NCBI RefSeq assembly: GCF_009914755.1
Contig: NC_060932.1
Reading direction: 5' to 3' (one strand)
Length of the DNA stretch: 64,000 bases
Origin: the human T2T-CHM13v2.0 reference genome, Homo sapiens
Every line of letters starts with the position of its first letter. Position 1 is the first letter of the stretch. The position numbers were made by a program, and so were the translations under genes. This document shows positions 25,901 through 38,800 of this stretch, piece after piece. The notes beneath the pieces are model-generated. The model did no database searches. It saw nothing but the letters and a program-made list of their open reading frames with translations, and was not told where the DNA came from.

Positions 25901-26892
25901 GTGTCCTCAACAAACGGACTTGAACCTTTCGTTTCATGCAGTACTTCTGGAACACTCTTTTTGAAGATTCTGCATGCGGATATTTGGATAGCTTTGAGGA
26001 TTTCGTTGGAAACGGGCTTACATGTAAAAATTAGACAGCAGCATTCTCAGAAACTTCTTTGTGGTGTCTGCATTCAAGTCACAGAATTGAACATCCCCTC
26101 ACATAGAGCAGTTGTGCAGCACTCTATTTGTAGTATCTCGAAGTGGACATTTGGAGGGCTTTGTAGCCTATCTGGAAAAAGGAAATATCTTCCCATGAAT
26201 GCGAGATAGAAGTAATCTCAGAAACATGTTTATGCTGTATCTACTCAACTAACTGTGCTGAACATTTCTATTGATAGAGCAGTTTTGAGACACTCTTCTT
26301 TTGGAATCTGCAAGTGGATATTTGGATAGATTTGAGGATTTCGTTGGAAACGGGATTATATATCAAAAGTAGACAGCAGCATTCTCAGAAACTTCTTTGT
26401 GATGTTTGCATCCAGCTCTCAGAGTTGAACATTCCCTTTCATAGAGTAGGTTTGAAACCCTCTTTTTATAGTGTCTGGAAGCGGGCATTTGGAGCGCTTT
26501 CAGGCCTATGCTGAAAAAGGAAATATCTACCTATAGAAACTAGACAGAAGCATTCTGAGAATCACGTTTGTGATGTGGGTACTCAACTAACAGTGTTGAT
26601 CCATTCTTTTGATACAGCAGTTTTGAACCACCCTTTTTGTAGAATCTGCAAGTGGATATTTGGATAGCTGTGAGGATTTCGTTGGAAACGGGAATGTCTT
26701 CATAGAAAATTTAGACAGAAGCATTCTCAGAACCTTGATTGTGATGTGTGTTCTCCACTAACAGAGTTGAACCTTTCTTTTGACAGAACTGTTCTGAAAC
26801 ATTCTTTTTATAGAATCTGGAAGTGGATATTTGGAAAGCTTTGAGGATTTCGTTGGAAACGGGAATATCTTCAAATAAAATCTAGCCAGAAG
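22988..26892 (+). repeat. 23-mer HOR variant (7-mer + 2x8-mer, 3905 bp)
   Basis: Marker spacing 23198->27103 = 3905 = 2549+1356. The d-e-f-g-h-i-j-k block is present twice. Confidence 0.93.
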
Positions 26893-29800
26893 CATTCTAA
26901 GAAACATCTTAGGGATGTTTACATTCAAGTCACAGAGTTGAACATTCCCTTTCACAGAGCAGGTTTGAAACAATCTTCTCGTACTATCTGGCAGTGGACA
27001 TTTTGAGCTCCTTGGGGCCTATGCTGAAAAAGGAAATATCTTCCGACAAAAACTAGACAGAAGCATTCGCAGAATCACGTTTGTGATGTGTGCACTCAAC
27101 TGTCAGAATTGAACCTTGGTTTGGACAGAGCACTTTTGAAACACTCTTTTTGTAGAATCTGCAGGTGGATATTTGGCTAGCTTTGAGGATTTCGTTGGAA
27201 ACGGTAATGTCTTCAAAGAAAATCTAGACAGAAGCATTCTCAGAAACACCTTCGTGATGTTTGCAATCAAGTCACAGAGTTGAACCTTCCGTTTCATAGA
27301 GCAGGTTGGAAACACTCTTTTTGTAGTATCTGGAAGTGGACATTTGGAGGGCTTTGTAGCCTATCTGGAAAAAGGAAATATCTTCCCATGAATGCGAGAT
27401 AGAAGTAATCTCAGAAACATGTTTATGCTGTATCTACTCAACTAACTGTGCTGAACATTTCTATTGATAGAGCAGTTTTGAGACACTCTTCTTTTGGAAT
27501 CTGCAAGTGGATATTTGGATAGATTTGAGGATTTCGTTGGAAACGGGATTATATATAAAAAGTAGACAGCAGCATTCTCAGAAACTTCTTTGTGATGTTT
27601 GCATCCAGCTCTCAGAGTTGAACATTCCCTTTCATATAGTAGGTTTGAAACCCTCTTTTTATAGTGTCTGGAAGCGGGCATTTGGAGCGCTTTCAGGCCT
27701 ATGCTTAAAATAGGAAATATCTACCTACAGAAACTAGACAGAAGCATTCTGAGAATCACGTTTGTGATGTGGGTACTCAACTAACAGTGTTGATCCATTC
27801 TTTTGATACAGCAGTTTTGAACCACACTTTTTGTAGAATCTGCAAGAGGATATTTGGATAGCTGTGAGGATTTCGTTGGAAACGGGAATGTCTTCAAAGA
27901 AAATCTAGACAGAAGCATTCTCAGAAACACCTTCGTGATGTTTGCAATCAAGTCACAGAGTTGAACCTTCCGTTTCATAGAGCAGTTTGGAAACACTCTT
28001 ATTGTAGTATCTGGAAGTGGACATTTGGAGCGCTTTCAGGCCTATGGTGAAAAAGGAAATATCTTCCCATAAAAACGACATAGAAGCTATCTCAGGAACT
28101 TGTTTATGATGCATCTAATCAACTAACAGTGTTGAACTTTTGTACTAACAGAGCAGTTTGAAACACTCTTTTTTTGGAATCTGCAAGTGGATATTTGGAT
28201 CGCTTTGAGGATTTCGTTGGAAACGGGATGCAATATAAAACGTACACAGCAGCATACTCAGAAAATACTTTGCCATATTTCCATTCAAGTCACAGAGTGG
28301 AACATTCCCATTCATAGAGCAGGTTGGAAACACTCTTTTTGGAGTATCTGGAAGTGGACATTTGGAGCGCTTTCTGAACTATGGTGAAAAAGGAAATATC
28401 TTCCAATGAAAACAAGACAGAAGCATTCTGAGAAACTTATTTGTGATGTGTGTCCTCAACAAACGGACTTGAAACTTTCGTTTCATGCAGTACTTCTGGA
28501 ACACTCTTTTTGAAGATTCTGCATGCGGATATTTGGATAGCTTTGAGGATTTCGTTGGAAACGGTCTTACATGTAAAAATTAGACAACAGCATTCTCAGA
28601 AACTTCTTTGTGGTGTCTGCATTCAATTCACAGAATTGAACTTCCCCTCACATAGAGCAGTTGTGCAGCACTCTATTTGTAGTATCTGGAAGTGGACATT
28701 TGGAGGGCTTTGTAGCCTATCTGGAAAAAGGAATTATCTTCCCATGAATGCGAGATAGAAGTAATCTGAGAAACATGTTTATGCTGTATCTACTCAACTA
28801 ACTGTGCTGAACATTTCTATTGATAGAGCAGTTTTGAGACACTCTTCTTTTGGAATCTGCAAGTGGATATTTGGAGAGATTTGAGGATTTCGTTGGAAAC
28901 GGGATTATATATAAAAAGTAGACAGCAGCATTCTCAGAAACTTCTTTGTGATGTTTGCATCCAGCTCTCAGAGTTGAACATTCCCTTTCATAGAGTAGGT
29001 TTGAAACCCTCTTTTTATAGTGTCTGGAAGCGGGCATTTGGAGCGCTTTCAGGCCTATGCTTAAAATAGGAAATATCTACCTACAGAAACTAGACAGAAG
29101 CATTCTGAGAATCACGTTTGTGATGTGGGTACTCAACTAACAGTGTTGATCTATTCTTTTGATACAGCAGTTTTGAACCACACTTTTTGTAGAATCTGCA
29201 AGAGGATATTTGGATAGCTGTGAGGATTTCGTTGGAAACGGTAATGTCTTCAAAGAAAATCTAGACAGAAGCATTCTCAGAAATACCTTCGTGATGTTTG
29301 CAATCAAGTCACAGAGTTGAACCTTCCGTTTCATAGAGCAGGTTGGAAACACTCTTATTGTAGTATCTGGAAGTGGACATTTGGAGCGCTTTCAGGCCTA
29401 TGGTGAAAAAGGAAATATCTTCCCATAAAAACGATATAGAAGCTATCTCAGGAACTTGTTTATGATGCATCTAATCAACTAACAGTGTTGAACCTTTGTA
29501 CTGACAGAGCAGTTTGAAACACTCGTTTTTTGGAATCTGCAAGTGGATATTTGGATCCCTTTGAGGATTTCGTTGGAAACGGGATGCAATATAAAACGTA
29601 CACAGCAGCATACTCAGAAAATACTTTGCCATATTTCCATTCAAGTCACAGAGTGGAACATTCCCATTCATAGAGCAGGTTTGAAACACTCTTTTTGGAG
29701 TATCTGGAAGTGGACATTTGGAGCGCTTTCTGAACTATGGTGAAAAAGGAAATATCTTCCAATGAAAACAAGACAGAAGCATTCTGAGAAACTTATTTGT

Positions 29801-32800
29801 GATGTGTGTCCTCAACAAACGGACTTGAACCTTTCGTTTCATGCAGTACTTCTGGAACACTCTTTTTGAAGATTCTGCATGCGGATATTTGGATAGCTTT
29901 GAGGATTTCGTTGGAAACGGGCTTACATGTAAAAATTAGACAGCAGCATTCTCAGAAACTTCTTTGTGGTGTCTGCATTCAAGTCACAGAATTGAACTTC
30001 CCCTCACATAGAGCAGTTGTGCAGCACTCTATTTGTAGTATCTGGAAGTGGACATTTGGAGGGCTTTGTAGCCTATCTGGAAAAAGGAAATATCTTCCCA
30101 TGAATGCGAGATAGAAGTAATCTCAGAAACATGTTTATGCTGTATCTACTCAACTAACTGTGCTGAACATTTCTATTGATAGAGCAGTTTTGAGACACTC
30201 TTCTTTTGGAATCTGCAAGTGGATATTTGGATAGATTTGAGGATTTCGTTGGAAACGGGATTATATATAAAAAGTAGACAGCAGCATTCTCAGAAACTTC
30301 TTTGTGATGTTTGCATCCAGCTCTCAGAGTTGAACATTCCCTTTCATAGAGTAGGTTTGAAACCCTCTTTTTATAGTGTCTGGAAGCGGGCATTTGGAGC
30401 GCTTTCAGGCCTATGCTTAAAATAGGAAATATCTACCTACAGAAACTAGACAGAAGCATTCTGAGAATCACGTTTGTGATGTGGGTACTCAACTAACAGT
30501 GTTGATCCATTCTTTTGATACAGCAGTTTTGAACCACACTTTTTGTAGAATCTGCAAGAGGATATTTGGATAGCTGTGAGGATTTCGTTGGAAACGGGAA
30601 TGTCTTCAAAGAAAATCTAGACAGAAGCATTCTCAGAAACACCTTCGTGATGTTTGCAATCAAGTCACAGAGTTGAACCTTCCGTTTCATAGAGCAGGTT
30701 GGAAACACTCTTATTGTAGTATCTGGAAGTGGACATTTGGAGCGCTTTCAGGCCTATGGTGAAAAAGGAAATATATTCCCATAAAAACGACATAGAAGCT
30801 ATCTCAGGAACTTGTTTATGATGCATCTAATCAACTAACAGTGTTGAACCTTTGTACTGACAGAGCAGTTTGAAACACTCTTTTTTTGGAATCTGCAAGT
30901 GGATATTTGGATCGCTTTGAGGATTTCGTTGGAAACGGGATGCAATATAAAACGTACACAGCAGCATACTCAGAAAATACTTTGCCATATTTCCATTCAA
31001 GTCACAGAGTGGAACATTCCCATTCATAGAGCAGGTTGGAAACACTCTTTTTGGAGTATCTGGAAGTGGACATTTGGAGCGCTTTCTGAACTATGGTGAA
31101 AAAGGAAATATCTTCCAATGAAAACAAGACAGAAGCATTCTGAGAAACTTATTTGTGATGTGTGTCCTCAACAAACGGACTTGAACCTTTCGTTTCATGC
31201 AGTACTTCTGGAACACTCTTTTTGAAGATTCTGCATGCGGATATTTGGATAGCTTTGAGGATTTCGTTGGAAACGGGCTTACATGTAAAAATTAGACAGC
31301 AGCATTCTCAGAAACTTCTTTGTGGTGTCTGCATTCAAGTCACAGAATTGAACATCCCCTCACATAGAGCAGTTGTGCAGCACTCTATTTGTAGTATCTC
31401 GAAGTGGACATTTGGAGGGCTTTGTAGCCTATGTGGAAAAAGGAAATATCTTCCCATGAATGCGAGATAGAAGTAATCTCAGAAACATGTTTATGCTGTA
31501 TCTACTCAACTAACTGTGCTGAACATTTCTATTGATAGAGCAGTTTTGAGACACTCTTCTTTTGGAATCTGCAAGTGGATATTTGGATAGATTTGAGGAT
31601 TTCGTTGGAAACGGGATTATATATCAAAAGTAGACAGCAGCATTCTCAGAAACTTCTTTGTGATGTTTGCATCCAGCTCTCAGAGTTGAACATTCCCTTT
31701 CATAGAGTAGGTTTGAAACCCTCTTTTTATAGTGTCTGGAAGCGGGCATTTGGAGCGCTTTCAGGCCTATGCTGAAAAAGGAAATATCTACCTATAGAAA
31801 CTAGACAGAAGCATTCTGAGAATCACGTTTGTGATGTGGGTACTCAACTAACAGTGTTGATCCATTCTTTTGATACAGCAGTTTTGAACCACCCTTTTTG
31901 TAGAATCTGCAAGTGGATATTTGGATAGCTGTGAGGATTTCGTTGGAAACGGGAATGTCTTCATAGAAAATTTAGACAGAAGCATTCTCAGAACCTTGAT
32001 TGTGATGTGTGTTCTCCACTAACAGAGTTGAACCTTTCTTTTGACAGAACTGTTCTGAAACATTCTTTTTATAGAATCTGGAAGTGGATATTTGGAAAGC
32101 TTTGAGGATTTCGTTGGAAACGGGAATATCTTCAAATCAAATCTAGCCAGAAGCATTCTAAGAAACATCTTAGGGATGTTTACATTCAAGTCACAGAGTT
32201 GAACATTCCCTTTCACAGAGCAGGTTTGAAACAATCTTCTCGTACTATCTGGCAGTGGACATTTTGAGCTCCTTGGGGCCTATGCTGAAAAAGGAAATAT
32301 CTTCCGACAAAAACTAGACAGAAGCATTCGCAGAATCACGTTTGTGATGTGTGCACTCAACTGTCAGAATTGAACCTTGGTTTGGACAGAGCACTTTTGA
32401 AACACTCTTTTTGTAGAATCTGCAGGTGGATATTTGGCTAGCTTTGAGGATTTCGTTGGAAACGGTAATGTCTTCAAAGAAAATCTAGACAGAAGCATTC
32501 TCAGAAACACCTTCGTGATGTTTGCAATCAAGTCACAGAGTTGAACCTTCCGTTTCATAGAGCAGGTTGGAAACACTCTTTTTGTAGTATCTGGAAGTGG
32601 ACATTTGGAGGGCTTTGTAGCCTATGTGGAAAAAGGAAATATCTTCCCATGAATGCGAGATAGAAGTAATCTCAGAAACATGTTTATGCTGTATCTACTC
32701 AACTAACTGTGCTGAACATTTCTATTGATAGAGCAGTTTTGAGACACTCTTCTTTTGGAATCTGCAAGTGGATATTTGGATAGATTTGAGGATTTCGTTG

Positions 32801-35800
32801 GAAACGGGATTATATATAAAAAGTAGACAGCAGCATTCTCAGAAACTTCTTTGTGATGTTTGCATCCAGCTCTCAGAGTTGAACATTCCCTTTCATAGAG
32901 TAGGTTTGAAACCCTCTTTTTATAGTGTCTGGAAGCGGGCATTTGGAGCGCTTTCAGGCCTATGCTTAAAATAGGAAATATCTACCTACAGAAACTAGAC
33001 AGAAGCATTCTGAGAATCACGTTTGTGATGTGGGTACTCAACTAACAGTGTTGATCCATTCTTTTGATACAGCAGTTTTGAACCACACTTTTTGTAGAAT
33101 CTGCAAGAGGATATGTGGATAGCTGTGAGGATTTCGTTGGAAACGGGAATGTCTTCAAAGAAAATCTAGACAGAAGCATTCTCAGAAACACCTTCGTGAT
33201 GTTTGCAATCAAGTCACAGAGTTGAACCTTCCGTTTCATAGAGCAGGTTGGAAACACTCTTATTGTAGTATCTGGAAGTGGACATTTGGAGCGCTTTCAG
33301 GCCTATGGTGAAAAAGGAAATATCTTCCCATAAAAACGACATAGAAGCTATCTCAGGAACTTGTTTATGATGCATCTAATCAACTAACAGTGTTGAACCT
33401 TTGTACTGACAGAGCAGTTTGAAACACTTTTTTTTTGGAATCTGCAAGTGGATATTTGGATCGCTTTGAGGATTTCGTTGGAAACGGGATGCAATATAAA
33501 ACGTACACAGCAGCATACTCAGAAAATACTTTGCCATATTTCCATTCAAGTCACAGAGTGGAACATTCCCATTCATAGAGCAGGTTGGAAACACTCTTTT
33601 TGGAGTATCTGGAAGTGGACATTTGGAGCGCTTTCTGAACTATGGTGAAAAAGGAAATATCTTCCAATGAAAACAAGACAGAAGCATTCTGAGAAACTTA
33701 TTTGTGATGTGTGTCCTCAACAAACGGACTTGAAACTTTCGTTTCATGCAGTACTTCTGGAACACTCTTTTTGAAGATTCTGCATGCGGATATTTGGATA
33801 GCTTTGAGGATTTCGTTGGAAACGGTCTTACATGTAAAAATTAGACAACAGCATTCTCAGAAACTTCTTTGTGGTGTCTGCATTCAAGTCACAGAATTGA
33901 ACTTCCCCTCACATAGAGCAGTTGTGCAGCACTCTATTTGTAGTATCTGGAAGTGGACATTTGGAGGGCTTTGTAGCCTATCTGGAAAAAGGAATTATCT
34001 TCCCATGAATGCGAGATAGAAGTAATCTGAGAAACATGTTTATGCTGTATCTACTCAACTAACTGTGCTGAACATTTCTATTGATAGAGCAGTTTTGAGA
34101 CACTCTTCTTTTGGAATCTGCAAGTGGATATTTGGATAGATTTGAGGATTTCGTTGGAAACGGGATTATATATAAAAAGTAGACAGCAGCATTCTCAGAA
34201 ACTTCTTTGTGATGTTTGCATCCAGCTCTCAGAGTTGAACATTCCCTTTCATAGAGTAGGTTTGAAACCCTCTTTTTATAGTGTCTGGAAGCGGGCATTT
34301 GGAGCGCTTTCAGGCCTATGCTTAAAATAGGAAATATCTACCTACAGAAACTAGACAGAAGCATTCTGAGAATCACGTTTGTGATGTGGGTACTCAACTA
34401 ACAGTGTTGATCTATTCTTTTGATACAGCAGTTTTGAACCACACTTTTTGTAGAATCTGCAAGAGGATATTTGGATAGCTGTGAGGATTTCGTTGGAAAC
34501 GGTAATGTCTTCAAAGAAAATCTAGACAGAAGCATTCTCAGAAATACCTTCGTGATGTTTGCAATCAAGTCACAGAGTTGAACCTTCCGTTTCATAGAGC
34601 AGGTTGGAAACACTCTTATTGTAGTATCTGGAAGTGGACATTTGGAGCGCTTTCAGGCCTATGGTGAAAAAGGAAATATCTTCCCATAAAAACGATATAG
34701 AAGCTATCTCAGGAACTTGTTTATGATGCATCTAATCAACTAACAGTGTTGAACCTTTGTACTGACAGAGCAGTTTGAAACACTCTTTTTTTGGAATCTG
34801 CAAGTGGATATTTGGATCCCTTTGAGGATTTCGTTGGAAACGGGATGCAATATAAAACGTACACAGCAGCATACTCAGAAAATACTTTGCCATATTTCCA
34901 TTCAAGTCACAGAGTGGAACATTCCCATTCATAGAGCAGGTTTGAAACACTCTTTTTGGAGTATCTGGAAGTGGACATTTGGAGCGCTTTCTGAACTATG
35001 GTGAAAAAGGAAATATCTTCCAATGAAAACAAGACAGAAGCATTCTGAGAAACTTATTTGTGATGTGTGTCCTCAACAAACGGACTTGAACCTTTCGTTT
35101 CATGCAGTACTTCTGGAACACTCTTTTTGAAGATTCTGCATGCGGATATTTGGATAGCTTTGAGGATTTCGTTGGAAACGGGCTTACATGTAAAAATTAG
35201 ACAGCAGCATTCTCAGAAACTTCTTTGTGGTGTCTGCATTCAAGTCACAGAATTGAACTTCCCCTCACATAGAGCAGTTGTGCAGCACTCTATTTGTAGT
35301 ATCTGGAAGTGGACATTTGGAGGGCTTTGTAGCCTATCTGGAAAAAGGAAATATCTTCCCATGAATGCGAGATAGAAGTAATCTCAGAAACATGTTTATG
35401 CTGTATCTACTCAACTAACTGTGCTGAACATTTCTATTGATAGAGCAGTTTTGAGACACTCTTCTTTTGGAATCTGCAAGTGGATATTTGGATAGATTTG
35501 AGGATTTCGTTGGAAACGGGATTATATATAAAAAGTAGACAGCAGCATTCTCAGAAACTTCTTTGTGATGTTTGCATCCAGCTCTCAGAGTTGAACATTC
35601 CCTTTCATAGAGTAGGTTTGAAACCCTCTTTTTATAGTGTCTGGAAGCGGGCATTTGGAGCGCTTTCAGGCCTATGCTTAAAATAGGAAATATCTACCTA
35701 CAGAAACTAGACAGAAGCATTCTGAGAATCACGTTTGTGATGTGGGTACTCAACTAACAGTGTTGATCCATTCTTTTAATACAGCAGTTTTGAACCACAC

Positions 35801-38800
35801 TTTTTGTAGAATCTGCAAGAGGATATTTGGATAGCTGTGAGGATTTCGTTGGAAACGGGGATGTCTTCAAAGAAAATCTAGACAGAAGCATTCTCAGAAA
35901 CACCTTCGTGATGTTTGCAATCAAGTCACAGAGTTGAACCTTCCGTTTCATAGAGCAGGTTGGAAACACTCTTATTGTAGTATCTGGAAGTGGACATTTG
36001 GAGCGCTTTCAGGCCTATGGTGAAAAAGGAAATATATTCCCATAAAAACGACATAGAAGCTATCTCAGGAACTTGTTTATGATGCATCTAATCAACTAAC
36101 AGTGTTGAACCTTTGTACTGACAGAGCAGTTTGAAACACTCTTTTTTTGGAATCTGCAAGTGGATATTTGGATCGCTTTGAGGATTTCGTTGGAAACGGG
36201 ATGCAATATAAAACGTACACAGCAGCATACTCAGAAAATACTTTGCCATATTTCCATTCAAGTCACAGAGTGGAACATTCCCATTCATAGAGCAGGTTGG
36301 AAACACTCTTTTTGGAGTATCTGGAAGTGGACATTTGGAGCGCTTTCTGAACTATGGTGAAAAAGGAAATATCTTCCAATGAAAACAAGACAGAAGCATT
36401 CTGAGAAACTTATTTGTGATGTGTGTCCTCAACAAACGGACTTGAACCTTTCGTTTCATGCAGTACTTCTGGAACACTCTTTTTGAAGATTCTGCATGCG
36501 GATATTTGGATAGCTTTGAGGATTTCGTTGGAAACGGGGTTACATGTAAAAATTAGACAGCAGCATTCTCAGAAACATCTTTGTGGTGTCTGCATTCAAG
36601 TCACAGAATTGAACATCCCCTCACATAGAGCAGTTGTGCAGCACTCTATTTGTAGTATCTCGAAGTGGACATTTGGAGGGCTTTGTAGCCTATCTGGAAA
36701 AAGGAAATATCTTCCCATGAATGCGAGATAGAAGTAATCTCAGAAACATGTTTATGCTGTATCTACTCAACTAACTGTGCTGAACATTTCTATTGATAGA
36801 GCAGTTTTGAGACACTCTTCTTTTGGAATCTGCAAGTGGATATTTGGATAGATTTGAGGATTTCATTGGAAACGGGATTATATATCAAAAGTAGACAGCA
36901 GCATTCTCAGAAACTTCTTTGTGATGTTTGCATCCAGCTCTCAGAGTTGAACATTCCCTTTCATAGAGTAGGTTTGAAACCCTCTTTTTATAGTGTCTGG
37001 AAGCGGGCATTTGGAGCGCTTTCAGGCCTATGCTGAAAAAGGAAATATCTACCTATAGAAACTAGACAGAAGCATTCTGAGAATCACGTTTGTGATGTGG
37101 GTACTCAACTAACAGTGTTGATCCATTCTTTTGATACAGCAGTTTTGAACCACCCTTTTTGTAGAATCTGCAAGTGGATATTTGGATAGCTGTGAGGATT
37201 TCGTTGGAAACGGGAATGTCTTCATAGAAAATTTAGACAGAAGCATTCTCAGAACCTTGATTGTGATGTGTGTTCTCCACTAACAGAGTTGAACCTTTCT
37301 TTTGACAGAACTGTTCTGAAACATTCTTTTTATAGAATCTGGAAGTGGATATTTGGAAAGCTTTGAGGATTTCGTTGGAAACGGGAATATCTTCAAATAA
37401 AATCTAGCCAGAAGCATTCTAAGAAACATCTTAGGGATGTTTACATTCAAGTCACAGAGTTGAACATTCCCTTTCACAGAGCAGGTTTGAAACAATCTTC
37501 TCGTACTATCTGGCAGTGGACATTTTGAGCTCCTTGGGGCCTATGCTGAAAAAGGAAATATCTTCCGACAAAAACTAGACAGAAGCATTCGCAGAATCAC
37601 GTTTGTGATGTGTGCACTCAACTGTCAGAATTGAACCTTGGTTTGGACAGAGCACTTTTGAAACACTCTTTTTGTAGAATCTGCAGGTGGATATTTGGCT
37701 AGCTTTGAGGATTTCGTTGGAAACGGTAATGTCTTCAAAGAAAATCTAGACAGAAGCATTCTCAGAAACACCTTCGTGATGTTTGCAATCAAGTCACAGA
37801 GTTGAACCTTCCGTTTCATAGAGCAGGTTGGAAACACTCTTTTTGTAGTATCTGGAAGTGGACATTTGGAGGGCTTTGTAGCCTATGTGGAAAAAGGAAA
37901 TATCTTCCCATGAATGCGAGATAGAAGTAATCTCAGAAACATGTTTATGCTGTATCTACTCAACTAACTGTGCTGAACATTTCTATTGATAGAGCAGTTT
38001 TGAGACACTCTTCTTTTGGAATCTGCAAGTGGATATTTGGATAGATTTGAGGATTTCGTTGGAAACGGGATTATATATAAAAAGTAGACAGCAGCATTCT
38101 CAGAAACTTCTTTGTGATGTTTGCATCCAGCTCTCAGAGTTGAACATTCCCTTTCATAGAGTAGGTTTGAAACCCTCTTTTTATAGTGTCTGGAAGCGGG
38201 CATTTGGAGCGCTTTCAGGCCTATGCTTAAAATAGGAAATATCTACCTACAGAAACTAGACAGAAGCATTCTGAGAATCACGTTTGTGATGTGGGTACTC
38301 AACTAACAGTGTTGATCCATTCTTTTGATACAGCAGTTTTGAACCACACTTTTTGTAGAATCTGCAAGAGGATATGTGGATAGCTGTGAGGATTTCGTTG
38401 GAAACGGGAATGTCTTCAAAGAAAATCTAGACAGAAGCATTCTCAGAAACACCTTCGTGATGTTTGCAATCAAGTCACAGAGTTGAACCTTCCGTTTCAT
38501 AGAGCAGGTTGGAAACACTCTTATTGTAGTATCTGGAAGTGGACATTTGGAGCGCTTTCAGGCCTATGGTGAAAAAGGAAATATCTTCCCATAAAAACGA
38601 CATAGAAGCTATCTCAGGAACTTGTTTATGATGCATCTAATCAACTAACAGTGTTGAACCTTTGTACTGACAGAGCAGTTTGAAACACTTTTTTTTTGGA
38701 ATCTGCAAGTGGATATTTGGATCGCTTTGAGGATTTCGTTGGAAACGGGATGCAATATAAAACGTACACAGCAGCATACTCAGAAAATACTTTGCCATAT

